Assembly: GCA_013698185.1 (NCBI GenBank)
Contig: JACCVL010000044.1
Location: 1-51,030 of the forward strand
Source: Nocardioidaceae bacterium
GTDB lineage: Bacteria > Actinomycetota > Actinomycetes > Propionibacteriales > Nocardioidaceae
Length of the DNA stretch: 51,030 bases
Direction: 5' to 3'
Below, piece by piece: positions 31,427 through 41,313 of the stretch. Within the stretch, counting starts at the first letter, position 1; every line of letters starts with the position of its first letter. Position numbers and translations under genes: made by a program. The notes below the pieces were generated by a model. That model saw only the letters and a list, made by a program, of their open reading frames with translations. It was not told the DNA's origin and ran no database searches.

Positions 31427-33199
31427 TCAGGGGGTGCGGAGCTCGGGGAAGTCCGCCTCGCTCCAGGTGGCCGGCGACGCGCCCAGCCCGCGGGCCGCAC
31501 GGTCCGCCTCGGCCCGGCGCAGCTCGACGCGGCGGATCTTGCCCGACACCGTCTTCGGCAGCTCGGCGAACTCCAGGATGCGTACCCGCTTGTACGGTGC
31601 CAGCCGGTTCCGCGCGTGCTGGAGGATCGACGAGGCGGTGTCGCGGTCCGGCTCGTGGCCGGCGGCGAGCACAACGAACGCCTTGGGCACTGCCATCCGC
31701 ATCGGGTCGGGGGAGGGCACCACCGCGGCCTCGGCGACCGCCGGGTGTTCCACCAGCACGCTCTCCAACTCGAAGGGGCTGACCCGGTAGTCGCTGGCCT
31801 TGAACACGTCGTCGGCGCGGCCGATGTAGGTCAGGTACCCGTCGTCGTCGCGGCTGGCGACGTCGCCGGTGTGGTAGACCCCGCCACGCATGGCCTCGGC
31901 GGTGAGCTCCTCGTCGCCGAGGTATCCCGTCATCACCGCCAGCGGGCGGGGAGACAGCTCGACGCAGACCTCGCCGTCGTCGCCCACTTCCCCGGTGAGC
32001 AGATCGACCAGCACGATCTCGTACCCGGGCAGTGGGCGACCCATCGAGCCGGGCTTGACGCGCTGGCCGGGGGCGTTGCCCACCTGCGCGGTCGTCTCGG
32101 TCTGGCCGAAGCCGTCGCGTACCGTCAGTCCCCACGCCTGTCGCACCTGGTCGATGACCTCGGGGTTCAGCGGCTCCCCGGCAGCCACCAGCTCGCGCAG
32201 CACCGGCCGGTAGACGGTCAGGTCCTCCTGCACGAGCATCCGCCAGACCGTCGGCGGGGCGCAGAACGTCGTGACCCCGCACTCGACCAGGACCCGGAGC
32301 AGAGCCGCGGCTTCGAACCGCGGCGCCGCGTGCACGACCACGGTGGCACCGGCGTTCCAGGGGGCGAAGAAGCATGACCAGGCGTGCTTGGCCCACCCCG
32401 AGGAGGACATGTTCAGGTGCACATCGCTGCATTGCAGGCCGAGCCAGTACATCGTCGACAGGTGTCCGACCGGGTAGGACACATGCGTGTGGGTGACCAA
32501 CTTGGGCTCGGCGGTGGTGCCCGAGGTGAAGTAGATCAGCAACGGGTCGTCGGCCCGAGTCGGCTGGAGCCGCTCGCCGGCGTCGGCCAGCAGCTGCCCG
32601 AGCTCAGCGTGCCCCTCGCTGTCTCCGTACGGCTGCCATCCGGCGGGCTGGGTGGAGTCGGTGTGGTCGGCAACGGCGACCCGTACGCAGCCGTCGGCGA
32701 GGTCGCCGAACCCGGCGGCAGCGCTGTCGGCGGCCACCACCACCCGCGCGGCGCCGCGCCCCACCCGGTCGGCGAGATCGTCGCGCGACAGCAGCGTGGT
32801 GGCAGGGATCATCACCGCGCCGAGGCGGGTGCAGGCGAGCATCAACTCCCACAGCGGCACCACGTTGCCCAGCACCAGCAGCACGCGGTCGCCCGGTCGC
32901 ACGCCGAGCGACCACAGCCACCCGGCAACCTCGCAGGAACGACGGGCCATGTCGGCGTACGACACCCTGGTGTGCCGCAGGGCTTCCGCCGGCGCCGACC
33001 CGGTCGGCTCGACCAGCCACAACGCGGTGTGCGCGGGCTGTTCGGCCGCCAGCACGTCGAACCAGTCCGTGGCCCAGTTGAAGTGCTCCAGCCGGGGCCA
33101 CTCGAACTCGCGCCGGGCGGTGTCCAAGTCCTCTCGGTGCGCGATCAGCAGGTCGCGAGCGGCGCGCAGCACCCGGGTGGGCGAGGAGGAGTCGGTCAT
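31427..33199 (-). CDS. AMP-forming acyl-CoA synthetase (medium-chain/ACSM-like)
   Basis: 590 aa. AMP-binding motif YFTSGTTAEPK. C-terminal LPKTVSGKIRRVELR contains the catalytic/acetylatable Lys. Confidence 0.9.
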   Translation of the reverse strand: MTDSSSPTRVLRAARDLLIAHREDLDTARREFEWPRLEHFNWATDWFDVLAAEQPAHTALWLVEPTGSAPAEALRHTRVSYADMARRSCEVAGWLWSLGVRPGDRVLLVLGNVVPLWELMLACTRLGAVMIPATTLLSRDDLADRVGRGAARVVVAADSAAAGFGDLADGCVRVAVADHTDSTQPAGWQPYGDSEGHAELGQLLADAGERLQPTRADDPLLIYFTSGTTAEPKLVTHTHVSYPVGHLSTMYWLGLQCSDVHLNMSSSGWAKHAWSCFFAPWNAGATVVVHAAPRFEAAALLRVLVECGVTTFCAPPTVWRMLVQEDLTVYRPVLRELVAAGEPLNPEVIDQVRQAWGLTVRDGFGQTETTAQVGNAPGQRVKPGSMGRPLPGYEIVLVDLLTGEVGDDGEVCVELSPRPLAVMTGYLGDEELTAEAMRGGVYHTGDVASRDDDGYLTYIGRADDVFKASDYRVSPFELESVLVEHPAVAEAAVVPSPDPMRMAVPKAFVVLAAGHEPDRDTASSILQHARNRLAPYKRVRILEFAELPKTVSGKIRRVELRRAEADRAARGLGASPATWSEADFPELRTP

Positions 33200-33278
33200 G
33201 GCGGGCAGTGTGGTCCTCGTACCGGGTTGTCACAACCAGGACAGCCCCGGGTAACCGCCGGCCGGATAGGTTCGTCCC

Positions 33279-35969
33279 ATGGCTGGCGATCCGGAGATGT
33301 CCCCACGCGCGTGGGAGGCCGACGTCGTGCTGCTCGACGGCCGGTCGGCGCGGATCCGACCGGTGCGGCCGAGCGACGCCGAGCGGCTGGTGTCCTTCTA
33401 CAGCCGCGTCTCCGACGAGTCCAAGTACCTGCGCTTCTTCGCGCCCTACCCGCGGCTGTCCGACCGCGACGTCGCGCACTTCACCACCGTCGACCACGAC
33501 CACCGGGTGGCCCTGGTCGGGGTTCTCGGCGACAACATCATCGGGGTGGCCCGTTACGACGCGGTCGACGACGAGGAGGCCGAGGTGGCCTTCCTCGTCG
33601 AGGACGCCCACCAGGGGCGCGGGCTGGCTCAGTTGTTGCTGGAGCATCTCGCGCAGGCGGCCCGCGATCGCGGCTTCACGCGGTTCGTCGCCGACGTGCT
33701 GCCCGACAACAGGCGCATGATCGCGGTATTCCGTGAGCAGGGTTACCGGGTCACCGGCGACGTCGCCGACGGCGTCCTGCGGATGGTGTTTCCCATCGAG
33801 CAGACCGACACCGCGGTCGGGGTGCTGCTCGCTCGCGAGCATCGGGCCGAGGCGACGTCGATGCAGGCCCTCTTCGACGTACGCAGCGTTGCCGTCGTGG
33901 GTGCGAGCCGGCGGCAGGACACCGTCGGGCAGCGGCTGGTGCGCAACCTGGTGCTCGGGGACTTCACCGGCACGGTCTACGCGGTGAACTCACAGGCCGA
34001 AGCGGTGTCCGGCCTGCCCGCCTACCGCTCGGTGCAGGCGATCCCCGGTGAGGTGGACCTCGCGGTGGTGGCGGTGCCGGCCGAGTCGGTGACCGACGTG
34101 GTGCTCGACTGCGCCGCCAAGGGCGTACGGGGCCTGGTGGTCATCTCCTCCGGCTTCGCTGAGACGGGGGAGGACGGACGCCAGCGCCAGCGCCAGCTGC
34201 TGGGCCTGGCCCGCAGCTACGGCCTGCGGCTGGTGGGCCCCAACTGCCTGGGCATCATCAACACCGCTCCGACGGTGCGCATCAACGCCTCGTTGTCACC
34301 GGTGATGCCCCCGCGCGGCAAAGTCGGGTTCTTCTGCCAGTCCGGGGCACTGGGTACGGCGATCCTCGAGAGCGTGGCACAACGGGGCCTCGGACTGTCC
34401 ACCTTCGTGTCCGCGGGCAATCGTGCCGACGTGTCCGGCAACGACCTGCTGCAGTACTGGGAGGAGGACGAGGCCACCGATGTCGTGCTGCTCTACCTGG
34501 AGTCCATCGGCAACCCGCGCAAGTTCGCCCGCATCGCCCGTCGTGTGGCGCGGCGTAAACCGGTCGTCGCGGTCAAGTCGGGCCGGTCGACGCAGGGTGT
34601 GCCGGTGGGCCACGCCGTACGCCGCAGCAGCGCGCCTCAGTCAGCAGTCGACGCGATGTTCCGCCAGGCCGGGGTGATCCAGGTCGACCGTCTCGACGAG
34701 ATGTTCGACGTGGCCCAGTTGTTGGCCTACCAGCCCTTGCCGCGTGGCCCGCGGGTCGCCGTCGTCGGCAACTCCGACGCGCTGGGACTGCTGGCAGCCG
34801 ACGCGGCCGCCGCGGTGGGGCTGAGCGTGCGTGACCCGGTCGCGCTGGGTGCCGACGCCACCGCCGACGACTTCGAGCAGGCCCTCGACCTGGCCCTCGA
34901 CGATCCGGAGACCGACGCCGTGGTGGTCGTCTACGCCCCGCCCTTCGAGGCGGGCGGTGAGGATGTCGCCGGTGTGCTCGCCGCCGTGGGGGAGCAGTCG
35001 GACAAGCCCATCGTGTCGTCGTTCCTGGGCCGCGAAGGTGTCCCCGAGCTGCTGCAGGTCCCGGACGTGGGGGGTGAGCCCGGACGCGGATCCGTCCCCT
35101 CGTACCCGGCGGTCGAGGCAGCCGTGCGCGCGCTGGCCCGGGCGGCGTCGTACGCACACTGGCTCGGCACACCGGCCGGCGAGGTCCGCGCCTACGACGA
35201 CGTGCGTACCGCCGACGCCCGGCGCGTCGTCGAGGGCGTGCTGGTCTCCTCGCCGGACGGTGCTGCTCTCAGCCGGGAGCAGTCTGTCGAGGTCGTCGCT
35301 GCCTACGGCATCGAGGTCTGGGGGCAGGTGGGGGCCGGCAGTGCCGACGAGGCGGTGGCCGCCGCCGCCGGTCTGGGCTGGGACGTCGTGCTGAAGGCGC
35401 AGGCCGACCGGCTCAAGATGCGCCCTGACCTGGCCTACGTGTGGCGCAACATCGACGACGAGGAACAGATGCGCCAGGCCTGGCAGGCCATGACCGCGGG
35501 GATGGCGCAGGCCCGTGCGGGGGACTTCGTGGTGCAGACGATGGCGCCCAAGGGTCTCCCGGTGACGGTGCAGGGCGTCGAGGACCCGTTGTTCGGACCG
35601 ATCGTGTCCTTCGGGCTCGCCGGCGCGCCCAGCGAGCTGCTGGGTGACCGCGCCTACCGGATACCGCCCATGACCGACGCCGACGCAGCGTCGATGGTGC
35701 GCGAGCTGCGTTCGTCGCCGCTGCTGATGGGATACCGCGGCGCCGACCCGATCGACCTGGCGCGGATCGAGGACCTGGTGCAGCGGGTGGCCCGGCTCAA
35801 GAACGACCTGCCGCAGCTGGTGTCGGTCGACCTGCCGCTGGTGATGGCGTCGCCGGACGGCATCTCGGTGCTCGACGTGCAGGCGCACGTCGCCCCGGTC
35901 GGTGACAGTCGCAGCGACCTGCTCGTCCGCCGGCTGACGCGAATGCCCGGCGACACGATCCCCAGCTGA
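33279..35969 (+). CDS. pat: Bifunctional GNAT acetyltransferase / NDP-forming acyl-CoA synthetase-like protein (Pat-type protein lysine acetyltransferase, GNAT N-terminal)
   Basis: 896 aa. N-terminal GNAT (VEDAHQGRGLAQLLLEHL), then CoA-binding SVAVVGASRR, ligase-CoA LVGPNCLGIIN and an ATP-grasp region. Confidence 0.85.
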   Translation: MAGDPEMSPRAWEADVVLLDGRSARIRPVRPSDAERLVSFYSRVSDESKYLRFFAPYPRLSDRDVAHFTTVDHDHRVALVGVLGDNIIGVARYDAVDDEEAEVAFLVEDAHQGRGLAQLLLEHLAQAARDRGFTRFVADVLPDNRRMIAVFREQGYRVTGDVADGVLRMVFPIEQTDTAVGVLLAREHRAEATSMQALFDVRSVAVVGASRRQDTVGQRLVRNLVLGDFTGTVYAVNSQAEAVSGLPAYRSVQAIPGEVDLAVVAVPAESVTDVVLDCAAKGVRGLVVISSGFAETGEDGRQRQRQLLGLARSYGLRLVGPNCLGIINTAPTVRINASLSPVMPPRGKVGFFCQSGALGTAILESVAQRGLGLSTFVSAGNRADVSGNDLLQYWEEDEATDVVLLYLESIGNPRKFARIARRVARRKPVVAVKSGRSTQGVPVGHAVRRSSAPQSAVDAMFRQAGVIQVDRLDEMFDVAQLLAYQPLPRGPRVAVVGNSDALGLLAADAAAAVGLSVRDPVALGADATADDFEQALDLALDDPETDAVVVVYAPPFEAGGEDVAGVLAAVGEQSDKPIVSSFLGREGVPELLQVPDVGGEPGRGSVPSYPAVEAAVRALARAASYAHWLGTPAGEVRAYDDVRTADARRVVEGVLVSSPDGAALSREQSVEVVAAYGIEVWGQVGAGSADEAVAAAAGLGWDVVLKAQADRLKMRPDLAYVWRNIDDEEQMRQAWQAMTAGMAQARAGDFVVQTMAPKGLPVTVQGVEDPLFGPIVSFGLAGAPSELLGDRAYRIPPMTDADAASMVRELRSSPLLMGYRGADPIDLARIEDLVQRVARLKNDLPQLVSVDLPLVMASPDGISVLDVQAHVAPVGDSRSDLLVRRLTRMPGDTIPS

Positions 35970-35992
35970 CAGCTGCGTGCGAGACTGTCGCC

Positions 35993-36646
35993 ATGGCAGA
36001 CGCCCGAGGTGTCCGACGCCCCCATGAGGCGCAGCAGCCGCGCCCGACCGCCGCCGGGGAGCCCTCCGTCGACCGGGCCGCCGAGCTGTGCTCGGCGATC
36101 GAGGCGGCCGGTTACTACCCCGAGGCGGTGGCCGAGGGGGTCGACGCGGCCGTCGCTCGGGAGCGGGTCGTGGAGTACCTCGTCCACCACGAGCCGACCT
36201 TCGACCACGACGAGGTGCGGCGCCACGTCACCGTGGTCGTGCTGACCCCTTCCCGCATCGTGGTCGCCCACACCGACGAGCACCCGCCGGACGACCTGCT
36301 GCCCTCGCCGTACACCTCGACCACCACGGAGTCGGTGGCGCTCGGTTCGGTACGTTCCGTGGTCGTGCAGCGCATGGTCGCCCACCCGGCCGCCGATGCC
36401 GGCCACACCGGCGGCGGACTGCCGAGCGAGGCCGTCCTCACCGTCGCCTGGGGTGCGATCCGTCGCCTCGACATGGAGCCGGCCCAGTGCGCCGACCCCG
36501 AGTGCGAGGCCGACCACGGGTACACCGGGACCCTCACCGCCGACGACTTCTCGATCCGGGTGAGCGCCGCCGCTGACGGCACCGACGCCGTCCAGCGGCT
36601 GCTGGCCTTCGCGCGGGCCCTGTCAGAGTCGACCACCCGACGCTGA
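35993..36646 (+). CDS. DUF5998-family protein
   Basis: 217 aa. Conserved pairing upstream of an alkaline-phosphatase-family gene in actinomycetes (from memory). High GC3 in this frame. Confidence 0.6.
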   Translation: MADARGVRRPHEAQQPRPTAAGEPSVDRAAELCSAIEAAGYYPEAVAEGVDAAVARERVVEYLVHHEPTFDHDEVRRHVTVVVLTPSRIVVAHTDEHPPDDLLPSPYTSTTTESVALGSVRSVVVQRMVAHPAADAGHTGGGLPSEAVLTVAWGAIRRLDMEPAQCADPECEADHGYTGTLTADDFSIRVSAAADGTDAVQRLLAFARALSESTTRR

Positions 36647-36654
36647 GGGCCCCG

Positions 36655-37788
36655 ATGGACTGCCCTGACCCCGTCGTGCCCGCGCACGGTCGGTCCACCC
36701 TGGCCGAGTTGCTGCCGTCCATCGCGGCCCGGTGCGGGGTGCCGGGCTTCGACTGCTCGCTGGACCTCCCGGAGGCGACGTCGTGGGTGGTAATGCTGAT
36801 CGACGGCCTGGGTTCGGAGCAGCTCGCCGAGCACACCGTTGACGCGCCGTACCTGGCGTCCCTGGTCAGCGAGGGCACCGCGTCGCTGACGGCCTGCGTG
36901 CCCTCGACCACAGCCAGCTCCATCACCAGCTTGGGGACCGGCCTGGCGCCGGGCCGGCACGGTGTCGTCGGATACACCTGTCGCATCCCCGGCACGCTCT
37001 CCCTGCTCAATGCCCTGACCTGGGACGCGGCCGTCGACCCGCAGCAGTGGCAGCCCGAGCCCACCGTTTTCGCCCGGATGCGGTCGGCCGGCGCTGCCGC
37101 CACCGTCGTGAGCCGGTCGTCGTTCGTCGGGTCGGGGCTGACCCAGATCAGCCAGCGCGGTGCGACCTACGTCGAGGCCGACTCCGCCTGGGAGCGCATC
37201 GGCTGCGCCGCCGAGGCAGCCGACACCCCCGCCTCGCTGACGTATACCTACAGCTCACGGCTCGACCACGCCGGGCACGAGCACGGCTGGCAGTCGCCGC
37301 AGTGGCGCCAGGCGCTGCGGCGCATCGACGGCGAGGCCCGCTCGCTGCGCGACGCCCTGCCTGAGGGCACCGGCTTGGTGATCACCGGGGATCACGGCAT
37401 GGTCGACGTGGCCGACGAGGACCGCGTCGACGTCGACGTCACGCACGCGCTGAGCGACGGCATGGTGCTGCTGGGCGGTGAGGCGCGGTTCCGACACGTC
37501 TACACCGCCGCCGGGGCCACCGACGACGTCGCCGCCGTGTGGCGGGAGGTGCTGGGGGACGACGCCTGGGTCCGGACGCGCGACGAGGCGGAGGCCGAGG
37601 ACTGGTTCGGGCCTATCGCCGACGCCGTGCGACCGCGTATCGGTGACGTGCTGGCCGCCTCGCGCGGCACCAGCGCGGTGCTGGCGTCGACCCGGTTCCC
37701 GGTGGAGACCAGAATGCGGGGCTTCCACGGCTCTCTCACCCCAGCGGAGATGGTCGTCCCGTTGCTCATCGACCTGGTCAGCGGCTGA
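36655..37788 (+). CDS. Alkaline phosphatase superfamily protein (nucleotide pyrophosphatase/phosphodiesterase-like)
   Basis: 377 aa. VVMLIDGLGSEQL, the nucleophile region PSTTASSITSLGTG, and TGDHGMVD. Confidence 0.8.
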   Translation: MDCPDPVVPAHGRSTLAELLPSIAARCGVPGFDCSLDLPEATSWVVMLIDGLGSEQLAEHTVDAPYLASLVSEGTASLTACVPSTTASSITSLGTGLAPGRHGVVGYTCRIPGTLSLLNALTWDAAVDPQQWQPEPTVFARMRSAGAAATVVSRSSFVGSGLTQISQRGATYVEADSAWERIGCAAEAADTPASLTYTYSSRLDHAGHEHGWQSPQWRQALRRIDGEARSLRDALPEGTGLVITGDHGMVDVADEDRVDVDVTHALSDGMVLLGGEARFRHVYTAAGATDDVAAVWREVLGDDAWVRTRDEAEAEDWFGPIADAVRPRIGDVLAASRGTSAVLASTRFPVETRMRGFHGSLTPAEMVVPLLIDLVSG

Positions 37789-37802
37789 GGAGGCGGGCTC
37801 TG

Positions 37803-37985
37803 TTGGCCGATCTCGTCTTCTTCAACGACCCCGACCACGGGGACGCTCGCTCGGTTGAGCCGGCGGCCGCGAGGGTGCACTACGAGGTGCTCTGCCGGCG
37901 GCACCACCGGCGACGCCTGACCGCCGGCCGGGCCCAGGCTGCCTCGCTGTCACCGGACGTGCTGCCCCTCGACGGGACGCCGTGA
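37803..37985 (+). CDS. 60-aa hypothetical small protein
   Basis: TTG start 9 nt after GAGGAGG. About 90% G/C at third codon positions. The stop overlaps the rhodanese GTG start (GTGA). I recognise no family. Confidence 0.5.
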   Translation: MADLVFFNDPDHGDARSVEPAAARVHYEVLCRRHHRRRLTAGRAQAASLSPDVLPLDGTP

Positions 37986-38833
37986 CCCCGCTCGTCGATG
38001 TGGTCGGCCTCCGGGCGCGCCTCACAGCCGGTGAGCCCATGACGCTGCTCGACGTCCGCTGGTCGTTGGCGGGACCACCCGGACGCCAGGCGTACGAGGC
38101 CGGCCACCTGCCGGGCGCGGTGTTCGTCGACCTGGACCGCGACTTGGCCGCGCCACCGGGCCCGGGGGGCCGGCACCCGCTGCCGGCGGCTCGCGACCTG
38201 ACGACCTCCATGCGCCGTGCCGGGGTGCGAGGCGACCGGGCAGTCGTGGTCTACGACCAGCGCGATTCGACCGCCGCGGCACGCTGCTGGTGGCTGCTGC
38301 GCGATGCGGGCCACCCAGACGTCGGCGTGCTCGACGGCGGGTACGACGCCTGGCTGGCGGCGCGGCTGCCGGTCGAACGCGGCCCGGCCGCGCCGCCACC
38401 GAGCGGCGACCTGGTGGCCGTGCCGGGCTCCATGCCACGCCTGAGCAGCGATGAAGCAGCCACTCTGGCTCGAACAGGGCTGCTGCTGGATGCCCGAGCG
38501 GCCGCCCGGTACCGCGGCGAGGTCGAGCCGGTAGACCCCGTTGCCGGTCACGTGCCGGGGGCCGTCAGCGCGCCGACCAGCGCGAACGTGGGCGACGACG
38601 GCCGGATGCTTCCCAGAGCCGAGCTGGCGGCCCGCTTCGCCGCGCTCGGCGCGGGGTCGTCGGGAGCCGTAGTGGGGACCTACTGCGGCTCCGGAGTCAC
38701 CGCGGCCCACCAGGTGCTGGCGCTGGAGGTGGCCGGCATCGAGGCGGCACTGTGGCCTGGGTCGTGGAGTGAGTGGGTGGCCGACCCTGGACGCCCGGAC
38801 CGACCGGTGACCACCGGCGCCGATCCGGGCTGA
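37982..38833 (+). CDS. Thiosulfate/3-mercaptopyruvate sulfurtransferase (tandem rhodanese)
   Basis: 283 aa with two rhodanese domains. Active-site loop YCGSGVTAAH. Confidence 0.88.
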   Translation: MTPLVDVVGLRARLTAGEPMTLLDVRWSLAGPPGRQAYEAGHLPGAVFVDLDRDLAAPPGPGGRHPLPAARDLTTSMRRAGVRGDRAVVVYDQRDSTAAARCWWLLRDAGHPDVGVLDGGYDAWLAARLPVERGPAAPPPSGDLVAVPGSMPRLSSDEAATLARTGLLLDARAAARYRGEVEPVDPVAGHVPGAVSAPTSANVGDDGRMLPRAELAARFAALGAGSSGAVVGTYCGSGVTAAHQVLALEVAGIEAALWPGSWSEWVADPGRPDRPVTTGADPG

Positions 38834-38837
38834 GGCG

Positions 38838-39956
38838 TCAGCCGCTGGGCTTGGAGCCGAACATGATCTCGTCCCAGCTGGGGACCGCCCGCCGGCTGGG
38901 TTTGCGGCGCCGCTGCTCGCCGACCGCCATCGGGCGGTCCTGCTCGGGGGCGGACATCACCCGGGCGATGGCCTCCACGTCGTCGTCGACCTCGGCCCGC
39001 GCGGCGGCGGCCTCGGACTGCCGGCCCTCGGGATCGACTCCGGGCGACCCGACCTCGACGTCGTCGTCGAACGGCAGCGGCTGGTCGGCCTGAGCGCGTT
39101 GGCGGCGGAGCCGGTCAAGACCGCTGACCCGGGCGCGCGGCTCAGCCCCGGTCGGCGATGGCTGCTGGGGTGTCTCGTCGGCCGAGGCTGCCGCCGCCTC
39201 GGCCTCGAGGGCGGCCAGGTCGGCACTCAGCGCGGTCAGGTCGGTGGTGTCGTCGGCGCTGCCGGCGTGGTCGTCGTCGACCGGCTCGGCACGCCGCAGT
39301 GGCATCACCCGTCCGCCGCCTGTATCGGGCGGCCCGACCGGGGGGAGACCCGATCGGGGCTCGTCGGTCTCGGGCTCGACCGACAGCGGCGGCTCGTCGC
39401 CGACCAGGCGGCGCGCCGCGTCGTCATGGGCGAAGGCGTACCTGCCCGGGGCATCGAACAGGAAGGTCGCGGGTGTACCGCTGCTGGACGCCGCCACCGT
39501 CACCGACCAGCGACCGTCCTCGCGCCGCCAGGAGTCCCAGGAGGCCGCCTCGGGATCCCACCCGTTGCTGCGCAGGTGCTCGTCGACGGCCGTGCCGAGG
39601 AGGCGGCCGGGCCCGGAGGCGTGCTTGCGGCGCAGCCCGGACTGACGGGCCTGGCGGCAGACATGCTCGCGCTCCGCCAGCACCGGCAGGGCGTAGCCCA
39701 TAATGCGCTCGAGGGAGACCTGGGCGACGGCCGCCACCGCCTCGGGTGACTCACCGGCCCGGATGCGGGCCTGGATGTCGCGAGGACGCAGGGCACTGTC
39801 CATGTTGTTCTCCACCTGTCCGAGTCGCACACGGTCGCCGCGGAGCGCGGCGCGGAGGCGGTCGTCGACGCGGATGCGCAAGTCCTCGTCGCCGTCGTCG
39901 CGGAACAGGACGTGCTTGCCGTCACCGCTCAGCCCGACGAGGTCGAGGTCACGCAT
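38838..39956 (-). CDS. sepH: Septation protein SepH (DUF3071)
   Basis: Start MRDLDLVGLSGDGKHVLF. DUF3071 helix-turn-helix-like block LRPRDIQARIRAGESPEAVAAVAQVSLERIMGYALPVLAERE. Disordered acidic middle and basic C-terminus. Confidence 0.8.
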   Translation of the reverse strand: MRDLDLVGLSGDGKHVLFRDDGDEDLRIRVDDRLRAALRGDRVRLGQVENNMDSALRPRDIQARIRAGESPEAVAAVAQVSLERIMGYALPVLAEREHVCRQARQSGLRRKHASGPGRLLGTAVDEHLRSNGWDPEAASWDSWRREDGRWSVTVAASSSGTPATFLFDAPGRYAFAHDDAARRLVGDEPPLSVEPETDEPRSGLPPVGPPDTGGGRVMPLRRAEPVDDDHAGSADDTTDLTALSADLAALEAEAAAASADETPQQPSPTGAEPRARVSGLDRLRRQRAQADQPLPFDDDVEVGSPGVDPEGRQSEAAAARAEVDDDVEAIARVMSAPEQDRPMAVGEQRRRKPSRRAVPSWDEIMFGSKPSG

Positions 39957-41259
39957 CTGGTCGCCTCCCAAGGTCCGCACCAGCAGGCGCAGACGACTTG
40001 TCGACAGTTTCGTCCTCCGACGCCGTCGTACCAATCAGACTCGCCGTAGGGTCGCCGATCATCCAGGCCGAGATGGCCGCAACGAGCCCGCCGCCGACCG
40101 GTACGACGAACGCGGGCGACGCACCCCAGGCATCCACCGCCAACCCGGCCAGCGCCCCGCCCGGCGCCACCCCGACGGTGAGCCCGGTGGTCACCCAGGT
40201 GATCCCCTCGGTGATCCGAGCAGTCGGGCTGGACAGCTCGGCCAGTGTCGTGACCGAGATCAGGGTCGGCGCGATGGTGAGCCCGGAGACCAGCAGCAGG
40301 ACCCCCAACGCGATCGGACCGGGTGCGAAGCCGGCCACTGCGACGGTCGCCGCCAGCAACAGCGCACCGGTGCGCAGGCGCCGCAGCGGTCGACCGGGGC
40401 CGGGCAGCGTGCCCAGCGCCAGACCGGCGACGAGGCTGCCGGCTGCCCACCCCGCCAGCAGCCAGCCGGCCCAGGCCCGGTGGCCGCTCTCTGCCGCGAA
40501 GGCCACCGTGACGATCTCCACCGAGCCGAACAGGCAGCCCAGCCCGCTCGCCACGACACACAGCGGGAGCAGCCGGTCCCACTGCAGCAGCTGCCGGTCG
40601 CCGACGGTGCCCGTGACCGGTCGGGGCACGGGCGCGGTCGAGCGCTGACCGGCCAGCAGCAGCCCGCCGGCCAGCCCGCACCCGATGGAGGCCGCCAACC
40701 CGGCCGCCGGGTGGACTGAGGTGGCAAGCAGCGTGACCAGCACCGGTCCCACCACAAAGACCGCTTCATCGGCCGAACCCTCCAGCGCGAAGGCCGTCCT
40801 GAGCTGCGACCGCTCGTGCACCGCGTGCGCCCAGCGGGCCCGCACCGCCGAGCCGTACGGCGGGAAGCAGGCGCCACCCGCAGCCGCGGCCAGGCACGTC
40901 CAGCCGATGGGCCACCCCGCCTCGATGCTCCAGATCAACAGGCTCAGGCCCAGCGCCGCGCCGATCCCCGCCACCGGCAGCACCAGCGTCTGTCCGCGCC
41001 GGTCGAGGGCGCGGGCGAGCAGCGGGTTCGTCACCGCCGCGGCGGCCACGGTGATCGCGGCCAGCAGACCCGCGTCGGCGTACGAGCCGGTGCGCTGGCT
41101 GACCAGCAACACGATGCCCAGGCCGGTCATGGACATCGGCATCCGAGCCACCCCGCCGGCGGCACTGAAAGCGACCGCGCCGGGGAGCGAGAGGATGCGG
41201 CGATAGGGCTGGAGCACGAGGATCGTCCGGGGCGTCGACAATGGACCGAGAGCCTGCAC
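39949..41259 (-). CDS. MFS transporter (12 TM)
   Basis: 436 aa, hydrophobic, with the MFS loop motif LARALDRRGQ. The 3' end overlaps the sepH start by 8 nt. Confidence 0.8.
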   Translation of the reverse strand: MQALGPLSTPRTILVLQPYRRILSLPGAVAFSAAGGVARMPMSMTGLGIVLLVSQRTGSYADAGLLAAITVAAAAVTNPLLARALDRRGQTLVLPVAGIGAALGLSLLIWSIEAGWPIGWTCLAAAAGGACFPPYGSAVRARWAHAVHERSQLRTAFALEGSADEAVFVVGPVLVTLLATSVHPAAGLAASIGCGLAGGLLLAGQRSTAPVPRPVTGTVGDRQLLQWDRLLPLCVVASGLGCLFGSVEIVTVAFAAESGHRAWAGWLLAGWAAGSLVAGLALGTLPGPGRPLRRLRTGALLLAATVAVAGFAPGPIALGVLLLVSGLTIAPTLISVTTLAELSSPTARITEGITWVTTGLTVGVAPGGALAGLAVDAWGASPAFVVPVGGGLVAAISAWMIGDPTASLIGTTASEDETVDKSSAPAGADLGRRPDA

Positions 41260-41313
41260 AGCCTACGGGTCGCGACCGCCGCGGCCCCGCGCCGAAGGGA
41301 CCACGAGCAGCCG

